From: a bacterium
Lineage (GTDB): Bacteria > Verrucomicrobiota > Kiritimatiellia > CAIVKH01
DNA length: 64,000 bases
Direction of reading: 5' to 3'
NCBI GenBank assembly: GCA_043802525.1
Contig: JAZDKY010000062.1
Coordinates: forward strand, 8,446 to 72,445
Of this stretch, positions 9,471 through 18,843 are shown piece after piece. Position 1 is the stretch's first letter. Each line of letters starts with the position of its first letter. The notes beneath the pieces were generated by a model. That model searched no databases and had not been told where the DNA came from. It was given only the letters and a program-made list of their open reading frames with translations. The translations under genes and the position numbers were made by a program.

Positions 9471-10930
9471 CGGGAAAAACAAGACTCTGCATCCTTCTGC
9501 TCGGGTTGGCGTCCGTTCTTTTCTTCTGGTGTCATCTCACGGTCATTCTCAACGCCGGCGACAGAACCGGCGTGCGGTTGTGGGAAAGTGGCGACACCGT
9601 CCAGTACGTGAGAACGGCCGGCGTTTTGACCGGCGGCGGGCGCATGAACCCGACATACAGGGAACGCATCCTGCTTCCCGTTCTCATCGCGATCAGCGAC
9701 CGGATCTTTCAGTCGCCGATCCCCATTCTCTGGCTGGTTGGACTTCTGCAATTGCCCGCGACGATTGCCGCGGCCTTCATAACCTTTCACCTTTCAGGGC
9801 GGCAGCGCGTGAGCCTTGCGGCCGCAGGGATGTATGTTCTCTATCCGAACATCTACCGGCGCGGTGTCTTTCTCGACACCGACGTTCTGCATGCCCAGTT
9901 GTTCCTGTTCGCCGTGGCCCTGCTCTTTGCCTTTTCGCGCAGGTCGACGTGGGGCAGAGCGCTTGCCGCGTCCGTGAGCTGGCCCCTCGTGCAAATGGCG
10001 CGGCCGACGCTGTTCGGCGTGTGCCCGTTCCTGGCCGTCAGTCTATGGACCCAGTTCCGCGACCCGCGCAGCCGATTCAAGGCGGTGGCCATCTGCTGTT
10101 CCGCGCTCGTCGTGCCGGTGATCAGCGCGACGATCAATCTTGCGCAGTTCGGGATTTTCGCGCCCAGCCTGCATGCCGCGGAAATGCTTCACGTGTGGGC
10201 CGTGCCGCGCATCAAGGTGGTTCAACGAAACGCCGAAACGCCAGGGCGTGTCTCAGACTACTTTAATGAGGAGATTACCGCGGCCCGGGCCGATCCGCGA
10301 TGGCGTCAGCTTCACGGGGAATATGAAAGCACGAAACAGTTTGCTGCGGCCTATCGATCGGTCATCAGCGAGGACTCTTCTTTTGTGCGCCGGAACTGGC
10401 GGGATTTCCTGGCCAGCGCATGGCCTATTCTTGTCCTGGAAGTGGAGGCCGTGCCGTATCTTCACGACGAGTACCAGGCGCGCATTGCGCCCGGTCCGTA
10501 TCCCGACGGGTCGCGCGTGTTGCGTGCGGTGTACAAGCTGATGCTTATCATCGCATTCTGTGCGGTCGTCAGCGTCTGGAAGACCCCGTCGTGGCGGTTG
10601 GGCATTCTTGTACTCGGCGCGTTCGGGCTCATCTTCCTGCCCGCAAGCTTTTCGTGGTGGTGGCTCGGCGGCCGGTATCGGATCCCGCTGGATGTGACCA
10701 TGATTCCCCTGTTGTGCATCGCGTTGTTTGAACGAGGCACGTGGCTTACTTTGGGGGGTGTGGTGTTGCTTGCGTACGCGCCGTTCCGCATTCTGGGGTT
10801 GCCGGACACGTTCATGCACGTGATGACGGTCGCGATCCTGGTGGCCTATGTCGCTCTCGAATGGCTGGTCCCTGAACGAATCCGCGAGCGCCTGCTGGCG
10901 CGGCGCGAACTTGCGAGGACGTGTTCATGA
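9467..10930 (+). CDS. Multi-TM GT-C-like membrane protein
   Basis: ATG at 9467 overlaps the upstream TGA; GDTVQY loop, TD, ARP and RYRIP motifs; polytopic. Confidence 0.6.
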   Translation: MTGKTRLCILLLGLASVLFFWCHLTVILNAGDRTGVRLWESGDTVQYVRTAGVLTGGGRMNPTYRERILLPVLIAISDRIFQSPIPILWLVGLLQLPATIAAAFITFHLSGRQRVSLAAAGMYVLYPNIYRRGVFLDTDVLHAQLFLFAVALLFAFSRRSTWGRALAASVSWPLVQMARPTLFGVCPFLAVSLWTQFRDPRSRFKAVAICCSALVVPVISATINLAQFGIFAPSLHAAEMLHVWAVPRIKVVQRNAETPGRVSDYFNEEITAARADPRWRQLHGEYESTKQFAAAYRSVISEDSSFVRRNWRDFLASAWPILVLEVEAVPYLHDEYQARIAPGPYPDGSRVLRAVYKLMLIIAFCAVVSVWKTPSWRLGILVLGAFGLIFLPASFSWWWLGGRYRIPLDVTMIPLLCIALFERGTWLTLGGVVLLAYAPFRILGLPDTFMHVMTVAILVAYVALEWLVPERIRERLLARRELARTCS

Positions 10931-11667
10931 CATCGAACGAATCGCGCGCGGACGCGGAACGGTATGGCGCAACCTTTTTTGACAATCTGAAGGACGCTGC
11001 CATCCGATCGGCGGGTGTGGTCGTGCCCCACGTCATGCGCCTGGTCCGCCCGGAGTCCGTCGTTGATGTCGGCTGTGGCGGAGGCCTTTGGCTCAAGGCC
11101 TTTCTCGGCTGCGGCGTGAAGCGCGGCCTGGGCGTCGACGGCGATTATGTCCAACGGGACACGCTGGCGATCCCGCCCGCCTGCTTCAGGGCCATGGATT
11201 TGAGGAATCCATCGAAGCTCGACCAGGCGTTCGACCTTGCTGTTTCACTCGAAGTTGCGGAGCACCTGCCGGAATCGTCCGCCGATGCGCTGGTTCGATT
11301 TCTGACGGATCTCGCACCGGTTGTCCTTTTCTCCGCGGCCGCACCGGGCCAGGTGGGCGTCAACCATATTAACGCGCAGTGGATTGACTACTGGATCGCG
11401 AAGTTCGCCGCGTTCGGCTACGATGCATTCGACCCGATCCGGCCGCTGGTCTGGCACGATGAGCGCGTGGCGTTCTACTACCGGCAGAACATGCTGATGT
11501 ATGTCCGCAGTGATGTTCTCGCCGGCGACAAGGCGGGCGAGGAATTGAAAGCCATGCCCAGGGCCAATTGCCTCACGCTCGTGGATGTTGACATCATCAA
11601 GCATAACTTGTCCGGTCGCGAATCGCTGAAGCGGATTTATTGCCGGCTTCTCGGCAAGCCGTCCTGA
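10927..11667 (+). CDS. Class I SAM-dependent methyltransferase
   Basis: VDVGCGGG, FDLAVSLEVAEHL, PGQVGVNHIN; ATGA overlap. Confidence 0.9.
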   Translation: MTSNESRADAERYGATFFDNLKDAAIRSAGVVVPHVMRLVRPESVVDVGCGGGLWLKAFLGCGVKRGLGVDGDYVQRDTLAIPPACFRAMDLRNPSKLDQAFDLAVSLEVAEHLPESSADALVRFLTDLAPVVLFSAAAPGQVGVNHINAQWIDYWIAKFAAFGYDAFDPIRPLVWHDERVAFYYRQNMLMYVRSDVLAGDKAGEELKAMPRANCLTLVDVDIIKHNLSGRESLKRIYCRLLGKPS

Positions 11668-11740
11668 TCCGGATGACACCAAATTGCAGCGTGGCACCAG
11701 CCCGCCCTACCGCGCGCATGTATACCGGTATTCATTCTGA

Positions 11741-12832
11741 ATGGGTATGACACGTTCGACCGAAATGACCGGAGACGCGCAGCGGATATACGCCGTCCTG
11801 CACCGCCCCGGACATTTCGCCAGCCGCTCCGCGTTCCCGCCGCTGGTCGAGATACTCGGCGCGACGCCCGTGTACTACGACATTGGCTGGGAGAAGCTGC
11901 AACGCAGGAGCTGGAGGCTTGGGCATGCGCTGCGCGCGTTTGGCAACCGGTATTACGGAAGTGAGTGGAACGCGCTGATCCCGTTCTATGATGAAGGGCG
12001 ACTTGCCCGGCAGATCAAGGATCCGGACGGATGCCTCGTGCACTTCCTGTACGGGGAGTTTGCCACGCCGCGATCAAGGGGCCTGTTCCGCGGCAGGACG
12101 GGCCGCCTTGTCGGAACCTTTCATGCCAGCGTGCGCAAGCAGCCTTCGGTTCTCGGGCGCTCGACCGCGTTCAGGAATTACGACTGGATATCGGTGGTGT
12201 CGGCGACCCAGGTTCCGTTCTTTATTGAGCATGGATTCCCGGTGGAGCGGATCAGGGTGCTTCCGCTCGGCGTTGACACCGACTATTTCGCGCCGCCGGA
12301 CTCCGCGCCGCCCGTCCACGACGGTCCTTTGCGAGGGCTGCTCGTGGGGACGACGGAACGCGATCATGAATTCATGGCGAGTGTCATGAAACGGATGCCG
12401 CCGGGCGTACTCGAACTCTCGGTGCGGACTGTGCCCGAGCAGGAGTCCAACTACCGAGGCGTGTCCGGTGTGAATCTGCTGCCACGGCTTTCCGATGACG
12501 AACTCGTGCGGGCCTACGGGTCGGCCGAGTTGCTGGTGATGCCGTTGTTGGACTGCACGGCCAACGACGCGATCTTGGAAGCGATGGCCTGCGGGACACC
12601 CGTGGTGACGAACCGCGTCGGTGGGATTCCCGAGTACGTCAGCGGTGAGGCCGGATACCTTCTTGATGAAAAGCGCGTTGACTTGTGGGTGGACCAGCTG
12701 GCTGCGCTCGCGAGGAAGCGGGACGAGCTGCGCGCGATGCGGCCCGCGGTGCGGCGCTGGGCGGAGCGATTCAGCTGGCGCCTGATCGCGAGCCAGTACA
12801 GGCAGTTTTACCGGGACGCCCTGGCGACCTGA
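11741..12832 (+). CDS. GT4 glycosyltransferase
   Basis: GVDTDYF, NDAILEAMACGTPVV, GGIPE, FSW; exact start uncertain. Confidence 0.9.
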   Translation: MGMTRSTEMTGDAQRIYAVLHRPGHFASRSAFPPLVEILGATPVYYDIGWEKLQRRSWRLGHALRAFGNRYYGSEWNALIPFYDEGRLARQIKDPDGCLVHFLYGEFATPRSRGLFRGRTGRLVGTFHASVRKQPSVLGRSTAFRNYDWISVVSATQVPFFIEHGFPVERIRVLPLGVDTDYFAPPDSAPPVHDGPLRGLLVGTTERDHEFMASVMKRMPPGVLELSVRTVPEQESNYRGVSGVNLLPRLSDDELVRAYGSAELLVMPLLDCTANDAILEAMACGTPVVTNRVGGIPEYVSGEAGYLLDEKRVDLWVDQLAALARKRDELRAMRPAVRRWAERFSWRLIASQYRQFYRDALAT

Positions 12833-12845
12833 AACAGGAACGGCC

Positions 12846-13775
12846 ATGACCGATCACCCCCTGGTCAGCGTCTGCATTGGAGCCTACAACCGTGAGAACT
12901 ACCTACGCGAGACGCTCGACAGCGTCTTCGCGCAGACGTACCGGAACCTCGAGGTCATCGTCGTCGACGACGCGTCCACGGATCGTACCGTGGACGTTGT
13001 GCGCAATTATGGAGATCGAATCCGGCTCATTCAGCGCACGGAGAATTCGGGCATCTGCCCGGTCACGCGAAACCAGGCCGCGCGCGCGGCGACGGGGCAG
13101 TACCTGGCGTTTCTTGATTCGGACGACGGCTGGTATCCCACGAAGATCGAGAAGCAGGTGGAATTCCTTGAGGCGCACGCGGACATCCCTCTGTGCCACA
13201 CGTATTGCCATGTCATCGATGAACACTCCAACGTGATTGGCGTCAGGCACGAGGGCAATCTTCCGCCTACGGGGAACTGTTTTTCAAAGCTCCTGCGCCA
13301 CTGCTGGGTCACGAACAGCGCCGTCATGGTGCGTGCGGATATCTTCCCCAGGGTCGGCGGCTATTTCATAGAGGACCGGCGCTATGGAATCTGGGGCGAG
13401 GACCTTGAGTTCTACCTGCGCGTCGCGCGGAGGTTTCCGCTCGGGCTGGTCGATGAGGTGCTGACGCGGTACCGGAGGTCCGTGTTCAACATCTCGGCGG
13501 GCAATTGGCGCTACTGGCCGGAATCCGTGCCCCTGCACAGGATGATCCTGGCGCGGCGCGACATCTGGGAGGGCGCGGTGCCGCGCTCGGAACCGCTGGA
13601 GGCCTACGTCGGTGCGTGCATCGAGAACTGCGTGTTCTGGAGGGATCGCCGGTTTCCCGGCCGGGCGCTTTTTTTTGCGGGAAGCGCCTTACGCGCCGAT
13701 CCCGTCCATGGACGCGCATGGTCCGAGGCGGTGAAGTCCCTGCTCAACGCTGTTGGGAGTTCCGGACGGCGCTAG
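12846..13775 (+). CDS. GT2 glycosyltransferase
   Basis: PLVSVCIGAYN, VDDASTD, RN, FLDSDD, ED. Confidence 0.93.
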   Translation: MTDHPLVSVCIGAYNRENYLRETLDSVFAQTYRNLEVIVVDDASTDRTVDVVRNYGDRIRLIQRTENSGICPVTRNQAARAATGQYLAFLDSDDGWYPTKIEKQVEFLEAHADIPLCHTYCHVIDEHSNVIGVRHEGNLPPTGNCFSKLLRHCWVTNSAVMVRADIFPRVGGYFIEDRRYGIWGEDLEFYLRVARRFPLGLVDEVLTRYRRSVFNISAGNWRYWPESVPLHRMILARRDIWEGAVPRSEPLEAYVGACIENCVFWRDRRFPGRALFFAGSALRADPVHGRAWSEAVKSLLNAVGSSGRR

Positions 13776-13915
13776 CCCGGATTATTCGCGAAGCGCGAAT
13801 AATCCGCCGCTCCGCGGCCGTGAGGGGACGTTGTCCCCAATCGCGTGACCGCGTTGGCGCGGTACGCGACTCACGCGGCGGGGACTCACGTCCGTGCCCG
13901 CCGACAAAGCGGTTT
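13775..13915. mobile_element. MITE-B, partial copy (one end present) carrying GTGA-REP hairpins
   Basis: Starts TA|GCCCGGATTATTCGCGAAGCGCGAATAATCCG; near-identical in reverse complement to parts of 32240-32466; same end as 22628. Confidence 0.7.
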
Positions 13916-14092
13916 GGGAACAATTGTAGCCGCGGCGGATCCGTAAGGGTGGAAGAGTTCGCTTACCCCGCATCGTGCGGGGAGGCGATGAGGATCACGG
14001 TCGGCTTCCCCGGCAAGGCCGGGGTAAGCCGACGCTACATCCCGGACGCGAAAGTTCGGCAGCAAGAAGAGACAGTACGCGGCCGGCGCGTC

Positions 14093-15025
14093 TCAGCCGG
14101 CTTGTAGCCGGCGCTTGATGTACGCGGGAATCTGCATGGCTGTGCGCCTCCACCGGGGCAGGTGGTATCCCGCGATGGATTTGTGGGGAAGCGTGTCGGG
14201 CAGGTTGATCCTACGCAGGTCTTCCAGCAGCGATCCGCGGTCCAGCCAGTCCTGCTGTACGAAGAAGGAGTAGTGGTTCACGAGGGTGTTGGTGACCAGG
14301 ACGTTGAACTTGTCGTGATCCTTGACCCACTGTGTCCACGTCGGCTCGTCTTCCTTCGGGATGCCGCCCATCTGCTGCCAGTGCCGGTAATCGAAGAGGA
14401 CGCAGCAGACACTGAAACGATACGTGAATTTTACGGGCGTCAGGTCGCGTATCGCCTCGATCCGCGCATTGGCTGCACGGAGGTCGATGAAGTTGCGCGT
14501 AATCCACTCCGCAATCTGCGGGTACTTCCAGACAGGTCCGTCGCAGTCGCGGGAAGCGGGTTGAGCAAACCGTTTCGCGTACTCCTGATGAAGCGCCGGG
14601 AATTGCAGCAACAGGAAATAGAAACCCGAGCCGTTGTTGGGCATGATGGGAGCCATCAGTCCGAGTTGGTCGTCGCGCTCGAACGTGGCGTAGGCGGCCA
14701 GCATCTTCTGGATCCAGCCCGGGGAGACGAAGACATCTTCGTCCGCTTTTACGTAGAGATGATCCGGATACTTCCGCACGCATTCGTTTTCCAGCGAGGA
14801 AATCCGCTCGTTACGCCCGCGTGGACCGCTAACGGTGTCCCATGCGACCTGCGGGTGCGTGGCGATGAACCGATCGACGTAGGCGCGGTGCCGGGGCGTG
14901 ACACCGTTCAAGAGAAAGACCACGCGGTCGAATGCGGCAAAAGAGTTGGCCCAGACGTGGCAATCCAAGGCGAGCCTGAGGCAGTCGAGCCTGTGGCTCG
15001 TGAGGATCATGAGGACTTTGTTCAT
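14093..15025 (-). CDS. GT-A fold glycosyltransferase-like protein
   Basis: KADEDVFV (DxD-like), HYSFFVQ; co-oriented with the two upstream minus-strand genes. Confidence 0.65.
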   Translation of the reverse strand: MNKVLMILTSHRLDCLRLALDCHVWANSFAAFDRVVFLLNGVTPRHRAYVDRFIATHPQVAWDTVSGPRGRNERISSLENECVRKYPDHLYVKADEDVFVSPGWIQKMLAAYATFERDDQLGLMAPIMPNNGSGFYFLLLQFPALHQEYAKRFAQPASRDCDGPVWKYPQIAEWITRNFIDLRAANARIEAIRDLTPVKFTYRFSVCCVLFDYRHWQQMGGIPKEDEPTWTQWVKDHDKFNVLVTNTLVNHYSFFVQQDWLDRGSLLEDLRRINLPDTLPHKSIAGYHLPRWRRTAMQIPAYIKRRLQAG

Positions 15026-15034
15026 GGCAAAGGG

Positions 15035-15168
15035 GGAGACTGTGGACTATCGACTATCGACTATCGACCATCGACTATGGACTGTGGAGCTTGGACTGTG
15101 ACTATCGACTATTGACCATCGACCATGGACTATCGACCTTTGACTATGGACTTTCGACCATTGACCAT
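15035..15168. repeat. Degenerate heptamer array (GACTATC/GACCATC/GACTGTG), downstream arm of cassette 1
   Basis: 7-nt periodicity visible; reverse complement of the 15629-15738 array. Confidence 0.9.
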
Positions 15169-15169
15169 G

Positions 15170-15607
15170 TCATGAGAGCAGGCGCGGCAAGAGTGCAAGT
15201 CCCAGCATGATGGTGCTCGAAAATCTTGCGAGATTTCTTGCGACCGTTCCGTTCTCCTGTTCGACAGCCGTGATCAAGCCATGCAGGGTGGAAAAGACGC
15301 CATTGATTTGTTCCTGCATACGTTCCTGATCTTCTTTCGAGAGATAACCCAGTCGCTGCGCGAGGTGAACAAAATATTCCGTTTCAGCGAGTGATCCGCG
15401 TGCAATGTACAAGAAGTGCAAATAGTGACGTTTCGAATCCAGCGCAGCACCTTCCGCGATGTTGGCGGGAACGGAGTATGACGCGCGCCGCAGTTGAGAC
15501 GTCAGACCGTACACTTCGCTTTTCGGGAAGATCGCAGAAAGCTCATAGATCCCAACGGTAAGATCATCCGCCATCTGCCACGTTCTGATTTTCTTATAGT
15601 TCCTCAT
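15170..15607 (-). CDS. Four-helix-bundle protein (23S rRNA IVS protein / Avd-like family)
   Basis: FPKSEVYGLTSQLRRASYSVPANIAEG and FLYIARGSLAE; AGGAGG RBS before ATG at 15607; extra hydrophobic C-terminal tail. Confidence 0.92.
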   Translation of the reverse strand: MRNYKKIRTWQMADDLTVGIYELSAIFPKSEVYGLTSQLRRASYSVPANIAEGAALDSKRHYLHFLYIARGSLAETEYFVHLAQRLGYLSKEDQERMQEQINGVFSTLHGLITAVEQENGTVARNLARFSSTIMLGLALLPRLLS

Positions 15608-15628
15608 CAGTCCGGCCTCCTGTTTGTC

Positions 15629-15738
15629 GGTCCATGTCAAAGGTCGATGCTCAATGGTCGATAGTCAAAGGTCAAAGGTCGATAGTCAAAGGTCGATGGT
15701 CAATCCTCAGAGGTCAATCGTCAATGGTCCACAGTCCC
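15629..15738. repeat. Degenerate heptamer array (GATAGTC/AAAGGTC), upstream arm of cassette 1
   Basis: 7-nt periodicity; outer end gtccacagtccc pairs with ggagactgtggac at 15035-15047. Confidence 0.9.
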
Positions 15739-15741
15739 ACA

Positions 15742-17115
15742 TCAGTTCTTCCCCGCATTCACGACACTCGGCGAGGGCAGCGTGACTTCAGGCGTGCCGT
15801 TGACAATTCGGTCGACCGCCTCGACGCCCTGCATGATCGAGTGGTCCATGTTGGCCGCCTCGTACTTCCATCCGCCGAACCGGCCGCGGCTGTAAATGTT
15901 CATCTTCTCCAGCGCGGGCAGGACATCGCCGAGGATCGCGTCGCGGTCGATCGTCGGGATCGGATACCCGTACTCGGCGGTCATCAGGTGGAAATGCGTC
16001 TTGGCGGGGTCGACCTCCACGAGGCCGATCGCGCGGAGGCCCTCGATCGTCGCCGGGATGAGGGCCGAGCGGTCGTGGGTCTTGTTCCATGGGGTCGAAA
16101 TTTCGCAGAGGAACGAGCAATAGCGGTTGATGTCCGGCACGTGCGCAGGCGAGAACGTCGAGAACGGTGTCACGCGGTAAAAGGCACAGGCGTCTTCCGG
16201 GCAGTAGATCCACGTTTTGTCCTTCAGCGGCTCGGGGATGGGGAATTCCGGCGCGACGCCAACGACGTAGACGTGCGTGTGCCGCAATCCCTGTGCACGA
16301 CGGTGGATCGGGTCGACGCCGCACAGCTTCGTCAGCCGCGTCAGCGGCATGGTCGAGATCAGGTGGTCGTACTTCTCGACCGTGCCGTCGGAGAAACGCG
16401 CCGTGCGGGCTTGCGGGTCCAGCGATACCAGCTCGGTCGAGAGCCGGATCCGGTCGCGGCCGACGCGGTCGGCCAGGGATTCCCAGATCGCGCCCGTGCC
16501 GCCGGTCTTTGGAAACTGGAACGTCGCGTTCGGGCCCCACGACACGTCGTCCTTCTGCTGCTCGATGTTGCGAAGGACGCGCTGCACGTCGACCACGGGC
16601 ACGCGGTCGCCCAGCCACTGGCAGTTCATCTCGGCGGGGTCGACGCACCAGATCTTCCTGTTGTACGGAACCATGAAGTGCTTCGCGATGCCGTCGCCGA
16701 CCGTCGAAAGAATCCAGTCGCGGAAATTGGCGGGCGGCCCCTTCGCTTTGTGCTTCTCCATCGCAAGCAGTCCGTCGACGCACTCCTGGCGCGCGGTGTC
16801 GGGCAGGTGCCGGATGTTATACTGGAACGGATAGGGGATGAACCGTCCGTACTCGCGGACCCACGACATCCGCTGGTGATGATAGAATCCGTCCGGCAGC
16901 AGGGCATCCATCAGCCGGTCGACGTACGTGTAGTGCGAGTGCGCGACGTGAACGCCGAAATCCCACGTGAATTCCTTTTCGTCGCAGAAAGACGATGCGA
17001 GGCCGCCGACATAGCTGTTGCGGTCGTAAACCGTGAAATCCTCGATGCCCAACTCCTTGAGGCGGTTGGCGGCTCCCAAGCCGCAGGGGCCGGCTCCGAT
17101 AATGACGATCCGCAT
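15742..17115 (-). CDS. FAD-dependent enzyme, eukaryote-type UDP-galactopyranose mutase-like
   Basis: GAGPCG FAD motif, GGLASS, YPFQYNI, WLGDRV, WGPNATFQFP, RGRFGGWKYEAANMDHS; start at MRIVII. Confidence 0.78.
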   Translation of the reverse strand: MRIVIIGAGPCGLGAANRLKELGIEDFTVYDRNSYVGGLASSFCDEKEFTWDFGVHVAHSHYTYVDRLMDALLPDGFYHHQRMSWVREYGRFIPYPFQYNIRHLPDTARQECVDGLLAMEKHKAKGPPANFRDWILSTVGDGIAKHFMVPYNRKIWCVDPAEMNCQWLGDRVPVVDVQRVLRNIEQQKDDVSWGPNATFQFPKTGGTGAIWESLADRVGRDRIRLSTELVSLDPQARTARFSDGTVEKYDHLISTMPLTRLTKLCGVDPIHRRAQGLRHTHVYVVGVAPEFPIPEPLKDKTWIYCPEDACAFYRVTPFSTFSPAHVPDINRYCSFLCEISTPWNKTHDRSALIPATIEGLRAIGLVEVDPAKTHFHLMTAEYGYPIPTIDRDAILGDVLPALEKMNIYSRGRFGGWKYEAANMDHSIMQGVEAVDRIVNGTPEVTLPSPSVVNAGKN

Positions 17116-17147
17116 GGGCTTGTTCGTATACCAGCATTCCACCGGTG

Positions 17148-18287
17148 ATGAAAGTCTCCTTTCTCGTTCCTGACATCGCAGGCCCTGTTCTTGGTCCGGT
17201 GACCGTGCTCGCGCGATCTCTCCAGGGCTCGTGCGACGTGGAGGTCGTGGGGCCGGATCTCGGGCAGGGCGTATGCCCGATGTACCGCAACACGTTCCCG
17301 TATCGTGCAATTCCCTGCCCCCGCATTTACAGGTTCCCTGATTTCTTCAGGGAGTCGGGCCCGTTATGCCGCGCCCTGACGGGCGATGTCATTATCGCGG
17401 TGAAGGCCTATGCCGACACAGTGCCGCTTGCGCTGTGGGAGAAGTTCCGCCGTGGGAAAAAGGTCGTGGTCTATCTCGACGAATGGGATGGCGCGCTTTT
17501 CCGCCAGCAGCCCTTCCCTGCGCGGTGGGGCCGGGCGTTTCGGAACCTGCATCATCCCCTCGACGAAGCCTACCACCCGCTGGTTGAATCCTGCATTCGG
17601 TGGGCGGACAACGTGATTTCCACCAGTACATTCCTTCAGACGAAGTTCGGCGGCCGCATCGTACATGCGGGCGTTGACATGGACTTTTTCAAGCCGCAGG
17701 ACCCGGCCGTCACCGCGAGCCTGCGACGCGATCTTGGGCTGGACGGAAAGAAACTGATCGTTTTCGGCGGGGTCGTTCGCCCGCACAAGGGTGTCGAGAT
17801 CATTCCCGACGCGCTGGCGCGGCTCGGCGACGACCGTATCCGTCTGCTCGTGGTCGGGCCGCGCACAGACCACCTTGAACGGCTCATGAAAGACTCGCGG
17901 CTCGGACGGTACGTCGTCTGTGCGGGCCCGCAGCCGAAGGAACGGATGCCTGAATTCCTTAACCTCGCCGACCTGGTCGTGCTTCCGCTGGTGGACTCGC
18001 TGCTTGCGCGATCGCAGACGCCGTGCAAGATATTCGAGGCCATGGCCATGGAGAAGCCGGTCATCGCGACCGCGATCTCCGACCTGCCGCTGATTCTGGA
18101 AGGGTGTGGCTGGGTCGTGCCCCCGGGCGACGCGGATGCGCTGGCGAGGGTGATTGGTGAGGTGTTGGCCGATCCCACCCGCGCTGCGGCGCGAGGCGCG
18201 GCCGCGCGGGAGCGTTGTGCGAGACTTTACAGCAAGGAGCAGACGGGGAGGGATTTGATGGCGGTTCTTGAGGACGTTGTTCGTTGA
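17148..18287 (+). CDS. GT4 glycosyltransferase
   Basis: GVDMDFF, HKGV, PCKIFEAMAMEKPVIAT, VPPGD. Confidence 0.92.
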   Translation: MKVSFLVPDIAGPVLGPVTVLARSLQGSCDVEVVGPDLGQGVCPMYRNTFPYRAIPCPRIYRFPDFFRESGPLCRALTGDVIIAVKAYADTVPLALWEKFRRGKKVVVYLDEWDGALFRQQPFPARWGRAFRNLHHPLDEAYHPLVESCIRWADNVISTSTFLQTKFGGRIVHAGVDMDFFKPQDPAVTASLRRDLGLDGKKLIVFGGVVRPHKGVEIIPDALARLGDDRIRLLVVGPRTDHLERLMKDSRLGRYVVCAGPQPKERMPEFLNLADLVVLPLVDSLLARSQTPCKIFEAMAMEKPVIATAISDLPLILEGCGWVVPPGDADALARVIGEVLADPTRAAARGAAARERCARLYSKEQTGRDLMAVLEDVVR

Positions 18288-18340
18288 TTGTTGCTCGTTG
18301 ATTGTTGATCGTTGCTCGTTGTTTGTTGTTCGTTGTTTGA
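18269..18340. repeat. Heptamer array (CGTTGTT/CGTTGAT/CGTTGCT), left arm of cassette 2
   Basis: 7-nt periodicity; begins tgaggacgttg like 34984 and 39418 (tgaagacgttg); inverted partner at 18800-18843; contains the GT4 stop codon. Confidence 0.9.
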
Positions 18341-18384
18341 TTGATGCATTGTGCCGGCATCGGCGATTTGATGGAGGCGAGAAG

Positions 18385-18781
18385 ATGGCTACTATTACAC
18401 AACTGGAAGAATTGGATGCTTACCAAGGTGGCGCGGGAAATGCGGAAGCAGGTGTCCGTATTCTGCAGGACACTCCCGCGCGAAGAGGAATACCGGCTGA
18501 AGGATCAGATTCTTCGATCCAGCCGCTCGGTTACCGCAAATATTGCCGAGGGATTCGGGAGGCACCATCATCAGGAGAACACGCAGTTCTGCCGGCAGGC
18601 ACGCGGTTCACTGGTCGAGACCCTGGACCACCTGAACGTCGCGTTGGACGAGGAGTTTCTGGGCGCGGAGGACTACGACAAACTGAGGACCGGGGTCGAA
18701 AAGGCTTGGCAGGTCCTGAACGGATACATCTCTTATCTTCAACGCTGCGCCAAGCAGGGCGTTCCTGAAACTGTCTCATAG
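18385..18781 (+). pseudogene. Four-helix-bundle protein with a +1 frameshift near codon 14
   Basis: GGAGG RBS, MATITQLEELDAY, then an extra C at about 18424 before KVAREMRK...EEYRLKDQILRSSRSVTANIAEGFGR...ARGSLVET. Could be a sequencing error. Confidence 0.8.
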
Positions 18782-18799
18782 CTCTTCGAGCACTTTGTG

Positions 18800-18843
18800 A
18801 ACGAGCAACGAACAACAAACAACGAACAACGATCAACTCCTGA
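18800..18843. repeat. Heptamer array (AACAACG), right arm of cassette 2
   Basis: Reverse complement of 18269-18340. Confidence 0.9.

Noticed and set aside
15170-15607. 23S rRNA intervening sequence
   Set aside because: Flanks are protein-coding genes; no rRNA sequence present.
15035-18843. CRISPR array or DGR suggested by the repeats and Avd-like fold
   Set aside because: Repeats are contiguous 7-mers without unique spacers; no cas gene, reverse transcriptase or TR/VR pair differing at adenines in the window.
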